A DNA stretch of 48,272 nt, taken from IMG/VR virus record IMGVR_UViG_3300037484_000394, positions 1 to 48,272 of that record, one strand, 5' to 3'. Both the position numbers and the translations under genes were made by a program. Origin of the DNA: a virus (Duplodnaviria > Caudoviricetes). The notes beneath the pieces were generated by a model, which was not told the origin of the DNA, ran no database searches, and saw nothing but the letters and a program-made list of their open reading frames with translations. Positions 1 to 8,671 of this stretch are shown piece by piece; the first letter of the stretch is position 1, and each line of letters opens with the position of its first letter.

Positions 1-788
1 CGCCCGCGACGTTCGAGCAATTGCCGTACCTGGGCGAGGCTGGGATCAAGGCGGTTGGGACGGGCGTGGCGGATGGGGCCGGAGGCGGGAAAATCTACGC
101 CTATCCGATGCCGACGACGACGAAGAACACCATTAATACCTACACGCTGGAGGGCGGGGACGACCAGCAAGAGGAGGAGATGGAATACGGGTTCGTCGAG
201 TCGTTCAAGCTCTCCGGCAAGGCGGGCGAGGCGTGGATGATGTCTGGCAACTGGGCAGGCAGGCAGATCGCGCTTGGGACATTCACGGCCAGCCTGACTC
301 CGCCGGCGGTGGAGGAGATCTTGTTCGGCAAGAGCTTGCTCTACATTGACGCTACAACGATCGGGACGACGGTCAAGAGCAGCACATTGCTGGCCGCCGA
401 CGTGGATGTGAAAACAGGGTGGGTGGCCGTGTTTTCGGGGGACGGGCAGCTCTATTTCACGTTCGTCAAGGTGACGGGCACTGAGGAGGTGATGCTGAAC
501 ATCACGTTCGAGCACGACGCGACGGGGGTGGCGGAGAAGGCGGCCTGGCGTGCGGGGACACGTCGCTTGATTCGGCTCAAGGTGACGGGAAGCGCGGTGA
601 CGAGCGGGACGGCGTACAACGCCAAGACGCTGGTGCTGGACTTTGGCGGGAAGTGGGAAAAGTTCGACAAGATCGGCGAGCAGAACGGGAATGACGTGGT
701 GCAGGGGACGCTGCGGGCACGGCCCAGCACGACGGACTCGACGTTCTTTACGATGACGGTGGTGAACACGCTGACGAGTCTGACGTAG
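1..788 (+). CDS. Major tail (tube) protein, 3' part; the gene starts at 47938 and crosses the junction
   Basis: Reading frame is continuous across the overlap; lies upstream of the tail chaperone and tape measure genes; beta-rich. Confidence 0.8.
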   Translation, partial: PATFEQLPYLGEAGIKAVGTGVADGAGGGKIYAYPMPTTTKNTINTYTLEGGDDQQEEEMEYGFVESFKLSGKAGEAWMMSGNWAGRQIALGTFTASLTPPAVEEILFGKSLLYIDATTIGTTVKSSTLLAADVDVKTGWVAVFSGDGQLYFTFVKVTGTEEVMLNITFEHDATGVAEKAAWRAGTRRLIRLKVTGSAVTSGTAYNAKTLVLDFGGKWEKFDKIGEQNGNDVVQGTLRARPSTTDSTFFTMTVVNTLTSLT

Positions 789-913
789 GTTCTCATGCCC
801 TCATCCCTTCGGCGAGCTCATGGCAGGCCCCGGCCCTTCCCCCAAGGATGGGGGAAGGGAGGAAGAGGCAGGCCCCGGCCCTTCCCACAACGATGGGAGA
901 AGGGGTGAAGAGC

Positions 914-941
914 GGGACACATAATTTACATTATGTGTTGA
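914..941. other. dif-like site GGGACACATAA-TTTACA-TTATGTGTTGA
   Basis: 11-6-11 architecture with CATAA-N6-TTATG core, as in Xer dif sites. Confidence 0.7.
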
Positions 942-950
942 GACTGGGGA

Positions 951-979
951 TTGACAAGGGGCATGGATGGTGCTATGAT
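951..979 (+). promoter_or_regulatory. sigma70-type promoter TTGACA-17-TATGAT
   Basis: Near-consensus -35 and -10 with a TG extension. Confidence 0.75.
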
Positions 980-986
980 TTTCTTA

Positions 987-1126
987 TCCCTGGAAGGATA
1001 CGCGTACAGCCTTTTTTTGTTGCTGGTCGCGTTCACAACTCACTTGTGGGCAAAGGCCCGCGATTGGCGAAAGGCTGCTCTATCCTTCCAGGGACTGATC
1101 GGCAATAACCAATCGCGGGCTTTTGC
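987..1126 (+). ncRNA. Candidate structured leader RNA with crossing or alternative helices
   Basis: 987-1000 pairs with 1081-1094 (14 bp); 1007-1014 with 1070-1077; 1050-1067 with 1109-1126. Confidence 0.45.
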
Positions 1127-1215
1127 ATTAACAGAGCGCCACCGGAGAGATGAGCCTCCCCGGTGGCAGCAGGCGGAGAGATCTGCCTGCAAGCTCCATT
1201 ATAGCATAAGGAGAG

Positions 1216-1443
1216 ATGAAAGTGGCTAAGTCAGGATCGAGCACACAGGTTCTTTTGGAGGCGGGGGGATTGTGGCCCACGCAGGAGCGCATGGGGCACA
1301 TTCCAACCGGCCGCGGCCAGGCCAAGTACCGTGAATATCTGGCACGGTGCATCGTGGAGGCGCTGGGGCACTTGACGATGGAGGATCTGGTGGCGGTGAT
1401 GTACACGGTGGGGAAGTTGGCGCTGGAAAGGGGGAAAGGATGA
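1216..1443 (+). CDS. Hypothetical protein (moron in the tail operon)
   Basis: AAGGAG RBS; has its own promoter upstream. Confidence 0.55.
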   Translation: MKVAKSGSSTQVLLEAGGLWPTQERMGHIPTGRGQAKYREYLARCIVEALGHLTMEDLVAVMYTVGKLALERGKG

Positions 1444-1485
1444 GATTGGTATTGGGGATTGGGTATTGGGGATTGGGTATCAGGT
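1444..1485. repeat. Heptamer tandem repeat (ATTGGGG/ATTGGGT)
   Basis: Seen directly; a related tract lies at 46574-46616. Confidence 0.7.
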
Positions 1486-1551
1486 CATAGAAAAACAGCT
1501 ATTCGGTGTGCCCGCGCCCATTGGCCCGGAAAGAATTGCAGAGTCTGCGCG

Positions 1552-1590
1552 AACGCGCTCGCTCGTTTGAGTGGGCGCGTTTTCGTTTTC
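1552..1590 (+). terminator. Intrinsic terminator-like hairpin preceded by a conserved leader motif
   Basis: AACGCGCTCGCTC-GTTT-GAGTGGGCGCGTT followed by a T-rich tract. Confidence 0.6.
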
Positions 1591-1606
1591 AGAAGGAGAT
1601 GAGGAA

Positions 1607-1903
1607 ATGGCAGAGATTCGGTTGCACCTTACGATCGAGCGCATCAATGCCTTGAGCGTTGGGGAGCGGATTACGTTCGAGGAACCCAGTGAAGCCAGCA
1701 CGCGAGCGCTGCGGGACATGCTTGCCAATTTCGTCATGGGAGACAATGGGGAATATATGACGAACAAGGCTGCGCGCCAGCTCTTGAATCGTCTGTCACC
1801 CGACGAGTTCATAGAGATAGGTCGCAGACTCTATACGCAATTTGGAGTCCTTGCGGTAAACCCTACGCCCGTCGCAGACTCTATGATGCAACCTGCTGCG
1901 TAG
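1607..1903 (+). CDS. Tail assembly chaperone (gpG-like)
   Basis: Lies between the tail tube and tape measure genes; slippery A-AAC-CCT at 1858-1864. Confidence 0.7.
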   Translation: MAEIRLHLTIERINALSVGERITFEEPSEASTRALRDMLANFVMGDNGEYMTNKAARQLLNRLSPDEFIEIGRRLYTQFGVLAVNPTPVADSMMQPAA

Positions 1904-2127
1904 GCAGGGGGCCGGACTGGCTGGAGTCGTTGCGCCAGGCGCAGGCGTGGGGTCGTCCTCCCTGGGAGATTCTAGGGCGGCCAGGATCATTTTATGAGCG
2001 CATGATTTGGCGCGTCCGGTGGATAGAGGCAGATCGGTTAGGACTGCTGGATAGCCGAATGATCCTCAGGCAACTGGTGCAAACCCCCGTCCCTAAAAAG
2101 GATTGGGGAGAGGCGTGGAGAGATTGA
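1861..2127 (+). CDS. Tail assembly chaperone extension (gpT-like, -1 frameshift product)
   Basis: The -1 frame is open from the slippery site to 2127 and contains WGRPPWEI. Confidence 0.65.
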   Translation, partial: PYARRRLYDATCCVGRGPDWLESLRQAQAWGRPPWEILGRPGSFYERMIWRVRWIEADRLGLLDSRMILRQLVQTPVPKKDWGEAWRD

Positions 2128-3762
2128 TTGGCCGAAGAGCTAAAAATAATTATCACGGCTGACGATAAAGCCAGCGATGTGATCAAGGGAACAAACAAGG
2201 GTTTGATTGACCTGGGCGCTATTGCCGGCGGGGCGTTGAAGGTCGGACTGGCGGCCGGGGCCGCTGGTGTTGCGGCGCTGGGGGCTGGTCTAGTTTCAAG
2301 CGTTTTCGCGGCTTCCGACGCAGAGGATGCGCAAGCGGATCTCATCGCCACGCTGAAATCCACAAAGGGCGTGGCGGGGATGACCGCTGAAGCCGTCAAC
2401 GCTCTTGCCACTCAATTTCAAAATACAACAAGATTTGAGGACGATGTAACGGTCAAGGGGCAAGCCATGCTCTTGACGTTTACAAACATTGGGAAGGGGG
2501 TTTTCCCGCAGGCCACTGAAGCTATGCTGAACATGGGGCAGAAGTTCGGCAGTGTGGATGCTGCGGCCCTCCAGTTGGGCAAGGCACTCAATGACCCTAT
2601 TGAGGGTGTTACCGCTCTCCGGCGTGTCGGCGTGATGCTGACCGACCAACAAGAGGCACAAATCAAATCTTTGTTGGGAGACGCTGATGCACTCAAAAAG
2701 TTGTCCGAAGAAATGATGAAGGCACAAGACAAATTGCCTGGCCTAACAAAGGAGTTAGATGCAGCGAAACTGAAATACAGGGAGATGGCAGAAAGCGGAA
2801 CAGCAAGCGCCGAGGCTCTGAAAGATCAAAACAATAAAATAGCAGTTTTGGTCGGAAAGGTCATGGATGCTCAGGCTGCGATAGACCTGTACAACAAGGC
2901 TCAGACGCGCGCGGGGGACGCGACTTTACAAGCCTCAAACCTGGCTGCGGCACAAAAGATTATCTTGGGGGAGTTGAATACTGAATTTGGCGGTTTGGCC
3001 GTGGCTGCCGGGCAGACGTTCGCAGGCAAGTTGGACATCCTAAAGAATAAGTTCGGAGACATTCTGGAGACAATTGGCGGGGGGATGCTGCCGGGGCTGA
3101 CGAAGTTGGGCGATGGACTCATCAAGGCGTTGGATGATCCGGTCGTGAAGGCGGCCATCGCGTCTATTTCGGATTGGCTTGCCACTCAGTTGCCAAAGGC
3201 GATTGAGATGGGGGCCGGACTGCTGGACAATCTGCAAAAGAACGGGCTTACCAATGTATTGAGGCAGGCGCAGGCATGGGTGAATGATCCTGCCACGAAG
3301 GCTATGTTGCAAGGGGTTGGAACGCAGGTTGGGGATGGGATTGTGTCTGGAGTCAAAGCGGCGGCTACTAACATACCTGCGTGGACGGCATTGGGAACGG
3401 AGATTGGGAAAGTGGCTATTCCCATCATGGCAAATGTGGGCGGGGCCATTGGAGTCGAGGTGTACAACAGCATCATGGAGAAACTCGGGATCCCGTTTAG
3501 GCTGGGCATTGCCCCGGCAGGGGGAGCTGCGCCTGTGTCTGGATTTGCGGCAGGTGGGGTCGTGCCAGGCCCTATGGGTGCGCCTCAGTTGGCTGTGGTG
3601 CACGGCGGGGAGACGATCACGCCGGCGGGCGGAGGCGGAGGGGGATTCACTTTTGTGTATGCGCCGATGATGAGTCTGGCGGACGAGCGGGAAGCGCAGA
3701 CGAAACTCGCGCCGGTGCTGAATCAGTGGTGGGCGAATGCGAAGCGGATGAGGACGGCGTAA
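2128..3762 (+). CDS. Tail tape measure protein
   Basis: 544 aa, Ala/Gly-rich and helical; N-terminal ELKIIITADDKAS, ALNDPIEG motif, C-terminal FAAGGVVPG...VVHGGE. Confidence 0.9.
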   Translation: MAEELKIIITADDKASDVIKGTNKGLIDLGAIAGGALKVGLAAGAAGVAALGAGLVSSVFAASDAEDAQADLIATLKSTKGVAGMTAEAVNALATQFQNTTRFEDDVTVKGQAMLLTFTNIGKGVFPQATEAMLNMGQKFGSVDAAALQLGKALNDPIEGVTALRRVGVMLTDQQEAQIKSLLGDADALKKLSEEMMKAQDKLPGLTKELDAAKLKYREMAESGTASAEALKDQNNKIAVLVGKVMDAQAAIDLYNKAQTRAGDATLQASNLAAAQKIILGELNTEFGGLAVAAGQTFAGKLDILKNKFGDILETIGGGMLPGLTKLGDGLIKALDDPVVKAAIASISDWLATQLPKAIEMGAGLLDNLQKNGLTNVLRQAQAWVNDPATKAMLQGVGTQVGDGIVSGVKAAATNIPAWTALGTEIGKVAIPIMANVGGAIGVEVYNSIMEKLGIPFRLGIAPAGGAAPVSGFAAGGVVPGPMGAPQLAVVHGGETITPAGGGGGGFTFVYAPMMSLADEREAQTKLAPVLNQWWANAKRMRTA

Positions 3763-3763
3763 T

Positions 3764-3807
3764 CCCCTCCCCTGGCCCCTCCCCCGATGGGTACATCGGG
3801 AGAGGGG
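3764..3807 (+). repeat. REP-like hairpin family A (CCCC(A/T)CCCC...CCCTCCCC-loop-GGGAGAGGGG), about 16 copies
   Basis: Other copies near 828, 872, 5469, 7588, 12447, 15852, 19000, 25867, 30563, 33704, 37868, 41377, 41957, 45942 and 45998. Confidence 0.85.
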
Positions 3808-3809
3808 AT

Positions 3810-3837
3810 GAGACACATAAGGGGAATTATCGGACAG
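3810..3837 (-). other. dif-like site (minus strand CTGTCCGATAA-TTCCCC-TTATGTGTCTC)
   Basis: XerC-like and XerD-like arms around a 6-bp spacer. Confidence 0.75.
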
Positions 3838-3921
3838 TGGGACTTGTGGGCAAGTGGGCGACGGCGCTGTGTACAGCGGCAAGCCTCGCCCCTACGGGTG
3901 GGATGACGAGGATGGGATAAC

Positions 3922-5466
3922 GTGGCACGCTACAGCAAGTTCAAATATTCGGAAGCCAAGTATGGCGCGACTACGACACTCAATCTGCTGTGGGGACTGG
4001 AGGTGGATTGGGACAATGATGGGTTGTTCACTGGCGCGAGCGAAGACGCTCGGCTCAAGTCATTCTCGATTACGCGGGGACGTGAAGGTATGTTCTCTTC
4101 GGCCACAGGAGGAGAATCACGCTTTGCCAGGATGCAGGTGGGACAATGCACGCTCGCCTTGGACAATCACGACCGGCGGTATGACCCGTGGTATGCGACA
4201 AGCCCATTGTATGCGAATGTTCAGCCGGGGCGTGAGGTGCGGTTGCGAGTCAAGAACGGGTCGGCGGGGAGCACCTATAACCTATTCAGGGGCAAAGTAG
4301 ACGAGATCCCGAGTACGGGGGGAAGGCGCGACCCTCAAGTGCAACTCAAGGCATCAGATGGGTGGCGGCTGCTCTCAGATAGGCAAGCCACGGTTGTGCT
4401 CAGGACGAACACGACGGCGGATGTTTTGATTGACGACGTGTTGGATGACATTGGGTGGCCAACTACCTGGGGACAATCGCTCGACGTTGGAAGTGATACG
4501 ATCCCTTATGGTTGGGTGAACGATCAGGCCGCTTTTGACGCCATCCACGATTTGTCTGAGAGCGAGATGGGGTTGACCTACATCGGCGGGGACGGCAAGA
4601 TTTATTTCAAGAGTCGGCACACCTTATTGCTTGAGGCTGCAGCATTGGCGCTGACGCAAAGCGAGGTCGGGGACGAGCCCGAGATCAATAATCCGTGGGA
4701 CGCTGTGAAGAACAAGGTCAGCGTGCGGGCCTATCCGCGCCAGTTGGCGTCGTTGGGAGAAATCTGGAGGTTGGATGAGATCAGGGCCGTGACGCCTGGA
4801 TCCTCTGTGACGATCTGGGGTACCTTCCGGGACCAGAACTATAACGAGACAATCGCACAAAACGTGGTCAGCCCAGCGGCGACAACCGACTATACGATGA
4901 ATACGCAAGCGGATGGGCTTGGGACTAACCTCACAGCGAGTTTCACCGTGACGGCCTCGATCTTTGCGGGAAGCGTCAAGTTGGTCGTGACGAATGGGAG
5001 CGCATACGAGGGATACATCACGCTGTTGAAAATTCGCGGCGAAGCGCTGGAATCTTTGAACGTGTCTGCCAGCATCTCGGAGAACACGTCCAGTCAGACA
5101 ACCTACGGCAAGCGACAATTGACGCTAGAACTGCCTTTTCAGCAGTCAACGCTTGTGGCAAACGATTTGAGCGACTGGCTGCTTTCTTGGCTGACTTCGC
5201 CTCTACCGACCGTGGTGGTGGAGATCATCAACCGCCCGACGATTCAATTCGCCTACGAGTTGGGGACGCTGATCACGTTCGCGTCGGCCTATTATGGGAT
5301 CAATCACTCGTTTCGCATCGCCAAGATTCAGCATGACAGCCTGGAATCCATGCAGAGCGTCAGGACGCGATGGACGTTGGAGCCGGCGGCGGGTTTTCAG
5401 GCGTATTGGCAGTTGGGCGTGGCGGGGTACGACGAGCTCGGGGTCAATACGAGATTGGCGTTTTAG
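3922..5466 (+). CDS. Minor tail / tail tip (baseplate hub-like) protein
   Basis: 514 aa directly after the tape measure gene; LDNHDRRYDP and LFRGKVD motifs typical of tail proteins. Confidence 0.75.
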   Translation: MARYSKFKYSEAKYGATTTLNLLWGLEVDWDNDGLFTGASEDARLKSFSITRGREGMFSSATGGESRFARMQVGQCTLALDNHDRRYDPWYATSPLYANVQPGREVRLRVKNGSAGSTYNLFRGKVDEIPSTGGRRDPQVQLKASDGWRLLSDRQATVVLRTNTTADVLIDDVLDDIGWPTTWGQSLDVGSDTIPYGWVNDQAAFDAIHDLSESEMGLTYIGGDGKIYFKSRHTLLLEAAALALTQSEVGDEPEINNPWDAVKNKVSVRAYPRQLASLGEIWRLDEIRAVTPGSSVTIWGTFRDQNYNETIAQNVVSPAATTDYTMNTQADGLGTNLTASFTVTASIFAGSVKLVVTNGSAYEGYITLLKIRGEALESLNVSASISENTSSQTTYGKRQLTLELPFQQSTLVANDLSDWLLSWLTSPLPTVVVEIINRPTIQFAYELGTLITFASAYYGINHSFRIAKIQHDSLESMQSVRTRWTLEPAAGFQAYWQLGVAGYDELGVNTRLAF

Positions 5467-5529
5467 TGGCCCCACCCCCGGCCCCTCCCCCGTCGAGTAC
5501 GACGGGAGAGGGGGAAAAGGAGGAAGAGA

Positions 5530-5976
5530 ATGGACGCTGTTGATCGCATGATTTACGCACAAACGAACAAGGGGGCACGCATCGGGACGGCGCACGACAC
5601 GATCGGGGCGCTCAGAGGTGGGACGGGACTCGGGATCTGGTACGCGACTCAGGCACGCGCGTTAGGGTTTCCGTTCTCATTGCATCCCGATGGGGCTGTG
5701 AAAGCCGAGATCAATCATGGGCGCTGGCTAGCGCGTTGTCCGTTTTGCAGCGGAGCAGAGGAGGCCGATCCTGGGGAGCCAATCTTTTATTGCCTTTCCT
5801 GTGGTAACGCAGACAATGGGGGACACATAATGATGGTTATGTTCCCAGACGACCGGGACAAAATCGAGTCAGTGCTGCTGGCCCGGTTCAACATCGGCAC
5901 GCGCAATTGGACGCCGGGGGAATCGCTGCAGGACCTGGTGAAAGAGAATAAAGAGCATGGGCTGGACGACGCCTAG
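5530..5976 (+). CDS. Hypothetical protein with zinc-finger motif (CPFC...CLSC)
   Basis: RBS present; two CxxC pairs. Confidence 0.65.
   Translation: MDAVDRMIYAQTNKGARIGTAHDTIGALRGGTGLGIWYATQARALGFPFSLHPDGAVKAEINHGRWLARCPFCSGAEEADPGEPIFYCLSCGNADNGGHIMMVMFPDDRDKIESVLLARFNIGTRNWTPGESLQDLVKENKEHGLDDA
5820..5847. other. dif-like site inside a CDS: GGGACACATAA-TGATGG-TTATGTTCCCA
   Basis: Same consensus as the other copies. Confidence 0.6.
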
Positions 5977-6484
5977 TACGAAGACGACCGGGACGCTTGT
6001 CACCGCTGCGATCTGGAACGAGCAGGTGACGGCCAACATGACCTGGTTGGGAACATCGCACGACCATGATGGCGGCGCGGGTGACGGTGCAACGCTGAAC
6101 TTTGCGACCGCAGGGATGATTGGCATTTTCGATGCGGCGTGTCCGGCAGGCTGGACTCGTGTATCTGCCTTTGACGACAAGTTCCTGTATGGTGGGGCAG
6201 CTTATGGGGCTACGGGCGGGTCAGACACACACACACACGCATCTTCGCACGCCGTCCACACGGGAGCACACGTCCATGCCGTTGGAACATTGGCGCCTGG
6301 GGCCGCATCTCCGGGGGGAATCAGTTTAGGAGCAGGCGGATACAATGCGGCAACGGGAACGCATACGCACGCTTTGAGTGGCATCAGCGGGGCAATGGCC
6401 GTGGTCTCTGCCTCGACTGATCTGACGGCTGTTACAAAGTTGCCCACCTATATTGCAGTGGTATTTTGCAAAAAGGATGCTTAA
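5957..6484 (+). CDS. Short tail fibre / collar-domain protein, paralog 1
   Basis: WNEQVT, ACPAGWTR, ATGGSDTHTH, HxH motifs, C-terminal PTYIAVVFCKK. Confidence 0.75.
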   Translation: MGWTTPSTKTTGTLVTAAIWNEQVTANMTWLGTSHDHDGGAGDGATLNFATAGMIGIFDAACPAGWTRVSAFDDKFLYGGAAYGATGGSDTHTHASSHAVHTGAHVHAVGTLAPGAASPGGISLGAGGYNAATGTHTHALSGISGAMAVVSASTDLTAVTKLPTYIAVVFCKKDA

Positions 6485-7026
6485 TGGCTTGGGTTGCACC
6501 TAGCACGAAATCTACAGGACTTCTCGTGACTGCCGCGATTTGGAATGAACAAGTCACCGGCAACCTGGCATTCTTGGGGGACGCCCATAACCACAGCGGG
6601 GATGCGGGTGATGGGGCAACGATCAGCACCGCACTCCCGAGTGGGATCATTCTGATGTTTGATGCAGCCTGCCCATACGGATGGACAAGAGTGGCCGCCT
6701 TTGATGGGAAGTTTATTCGAGGGGCAGCGGCGTATGGGGCAACAGGCGGCAGTGAGGATGACCACACACATCCCTATGCAGCTCACACGCATTTGCACAC
6801 ACACGCAACGGGTTATACCCAAAGCGCCCCAAGCGCCTCAGTGAACTATGATCATGGGTCGGGTGGGTCGTACTATATCTCGTCCGGCGCTCACACAAAC
6901 CATGCCATAAATGATTTGAGTGCGAGTGGAACGGCAACGAATGAAGTGGCAGCGGGAAATAGTGATTCGCCTAGTTCATCGGACATCCCGCCCTATGTGT
7001 GTGTTGTATTCTGTAAAAGGAACTAG
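6484..7026 (+). CDS. Short tail fibre / collar-domain protein, paralog 2
   Basis: Same motifs as paralog 1. Confidence 0.75.
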   Translation: MAWVAPSTKSTGLLVTAAIWNEQVTGNLAFLGDAHNHSGDAGDGATISTALPSGIILMFDAACPYGWTRVAAFDGKFIRGAAAYGATGGSEDDHTHPYAAHTHLHTHATGYTQSAPSASVNYDHGSGGSYYISSGAHTNHAINDLSASGTATNEVAAGNSDSPSSSDIPPYVCVVFCKRN

Positions 7027-7027
7027 G

Positions 7028-7576
7028 ATGAGTTGGACTACACCAGCAACACAAACTACCAGCACGCACATCACGGCGGCTCTGTGGAATGAACAGATCA
7101 CAAACAACATGACCTGGCTTGGCGTTTCGCACGATCACAACGGGGGAGCAGGCGATGGGTTGGCGATTGGCAATGTACCTTCGGGTGCTATCGCAGTATT
7201 TGACGTGGCTTGCCCGACAGGGTGGACAAGCGTCTCTGCGGTTGCGGCGGCTTTTAATGGAAAGTTTATCGTGGGTGCGGCGACTTATGGGGCGACGGGC
7301 GGGGCAGCAACCCATACACACGACATCACCAGTCTGGCAGCACACACTCATAGCATAGCCAGCCACACGCACGCCGGGGCTGGCTTGGCGAGTGCGTACA
7401 CGATCTATCAGCAGGGTAATGGGTCTAGCTTGGATGTTTCAATGACTCATGCCCATGCAACGGGCGGGGCTAGTGCTGCGGCAACGGAGGCGGGAACAGG
7501 GGCAGCTACACCCACAGCGGCAAACGGGAGTAACTTGCCCGCGTACATCACGGTAATTTTCTGCAAGAAGGATTGA
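7028..7576 (+). CDS. Short tail fibre / collar-domain protein, paralog 3
   Basis: Same motifs as paralog 1. Confidence 0.75.
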   Translation: MSWTTPATQTTSTHITAALWNEQITNNMTWLGVSHDHNGGAGDGLAIGNVPSGAIAVFDVACPTGWTSVSAVAAAFNGKFIVGAATYGATGGAATHTHDITSLAAHTHSIASHTHAGAGLASAYTIYQQGNGSSLDVSMTHAHATGGASAAATEAGTGAATPTAANGSNLPAYITVIFCKKD

Positions 7577-7657
7577 GGGGCGGGAGACCCCACCCCTGCC
7601 CCCTCCCCCGTCGAGTACGACGGGAGAGGGGAGTGAGCATGAGCATAGGGAGATGAC

Positions 7658-7915
7658 ATGAGCAACAATGGCAATGGAAAGAAGGATGAGTTCACGGCGC
7701 TGGGTGCAATTGATCTGGCGACAATGACGGAAGACAAGGTGTGCATCCAACGCGATCATGCGACGGGACAAATGGCCTGGCGGTTCGCATCGCCGCAGGC
7801 CGATCCGATGGGGTTGCTGCTGCGGTGTATGGTGTATGATCTCATCATCAACAGCGACCTGGCGAAGAAGGTTGCACAGCTCGAGGAGCGAATCAAGACG
7901 CTCGAAGGCGGGTAG
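7658..7915 (+). CDS. Hypothetical protein with C-terminal coiled coil
   Basis: RBS present; KKVAQLEERIKTLE tail. Confidence 0.6.
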   Translation: MSNNGNGKKDEFTALGAIDLATMTEDKVCIQRDHATGQMAWRFASPQADPMGLLLRCMVYDLIINSDLAKKVAQLEERIKTLEGG

Positions 7916-7916
7916 A

Positions 7917-8528
7917 ATGGCATATCCAAGTGTTTTCCCAACGAGTCTGGATTCCTACACGGCCAAGACGGACGGATTGGATGACGTGATGGCCGTGGAT
8001 GTGAATGAGTTGCAGTCGGCCATTGTGGCGATTGAGACGAAATTAGGAACCGGTACACAGGCGCTTGCACTTGCGCAAGGTCAAATTCAATTTCCTGCAA
8101 CTCAAAGACAGTCAGCGGGCGCGAATGTGCTAGATGATTATGAGGAGGGGACAGTCACAGTCACGTTGACGTGTGGTACAAGCGGAACGATTACTCTCAA
8201 TGTCAACACGTTGTCGTATACTAAAATAGGAAGGCAAGTGACGCTGACAGGTCTGTTGAATGTCGCATCGGTATCTAGTCCGGTTGGGGGTCTAACCTTG
8301 AATGGGCTACCGTTTTCCGTACCCAATGGGAATTCATTTTATGGCACTGTATTTGTTTTGGGGGTAAACCTGTTAGCCACAGCTATAACAAGTTTGACAG
8401 GATACGTCAACATCAACACAACTACAGCAATATTGTGTAAATGGGGAACCGGGACAGTTGGAAACTTGGCAGCCGACATACAGGCTGGATCGCAACTTAT
8501 TATTTCCATAATATACTTCACAGCATAG
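7917..8528 (+). CDS. Tail fibre / receptor-binding protein
   Basis: N-terminal FPTSLD...VNELQSAIVAIETKLG; LDDYEEGT and YTKIGRQV motifs; AT-richer 3' half. Confidence 0.7.
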   Translation: MAYPSVFPTSLDSYTAKTDGLDDVMAVDVNELQSAIVAIETKLGTGTQALALAQGQIQFPATQRQSAGANVLDDYEEGTVTVTLTCGTSGTITLNVNTLSYTKIGRQVTLTGLLNVASVSSPVGGLTLNGLPFSVPNGNSFYGTVFVLGVNLLATAITSLTGYVNINTTTAILCKWGTGTVGNLAADIQAGSQLIISIIYFTA

Positions 8529-8595
8529 GGCGACCGAACGCATGGTAGTAGGTTTTTGAACCGATTTGTTTCCCGTCGTATTCGAGGGGAGATGG

Positions 8596-8638
8596 GATTT
8601 TCTTTAAAGGCGCAAAGTTTTGCAACCTATTTGCAACC
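8596..8638 (+). repeat. 43-bp direct repeat, copy 1 (copy 2 at 18026-18068)
   Basis: Identical GATTTTCTTTAAAGGCGCAAAGTTTTGCAACCTATTTGCAACC. Confidence 0.9.
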
Positions 8639-8671
8639 CCTGTACAATCCCAAGGGCTTTCTCTGGATTGT

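Noticed and set aside
848-1229. ORFs 848-1108 and 951-1229
   Set aside because: They overlap REP hairpins, a dif-like site, a promoter and a structured leader; likely non-coding.
1821-1884. 14-bp direct repeat GTCGCAGACTCTAT in the chaperone gene
   Set aside because: Two short copies within coding sequence, with no supportable function.
5957-8528. Diversity-generating retroelement acting on the fibres
   Set aside because: No reverse transcriptase and no template/variable repeat pair differing at adenines.
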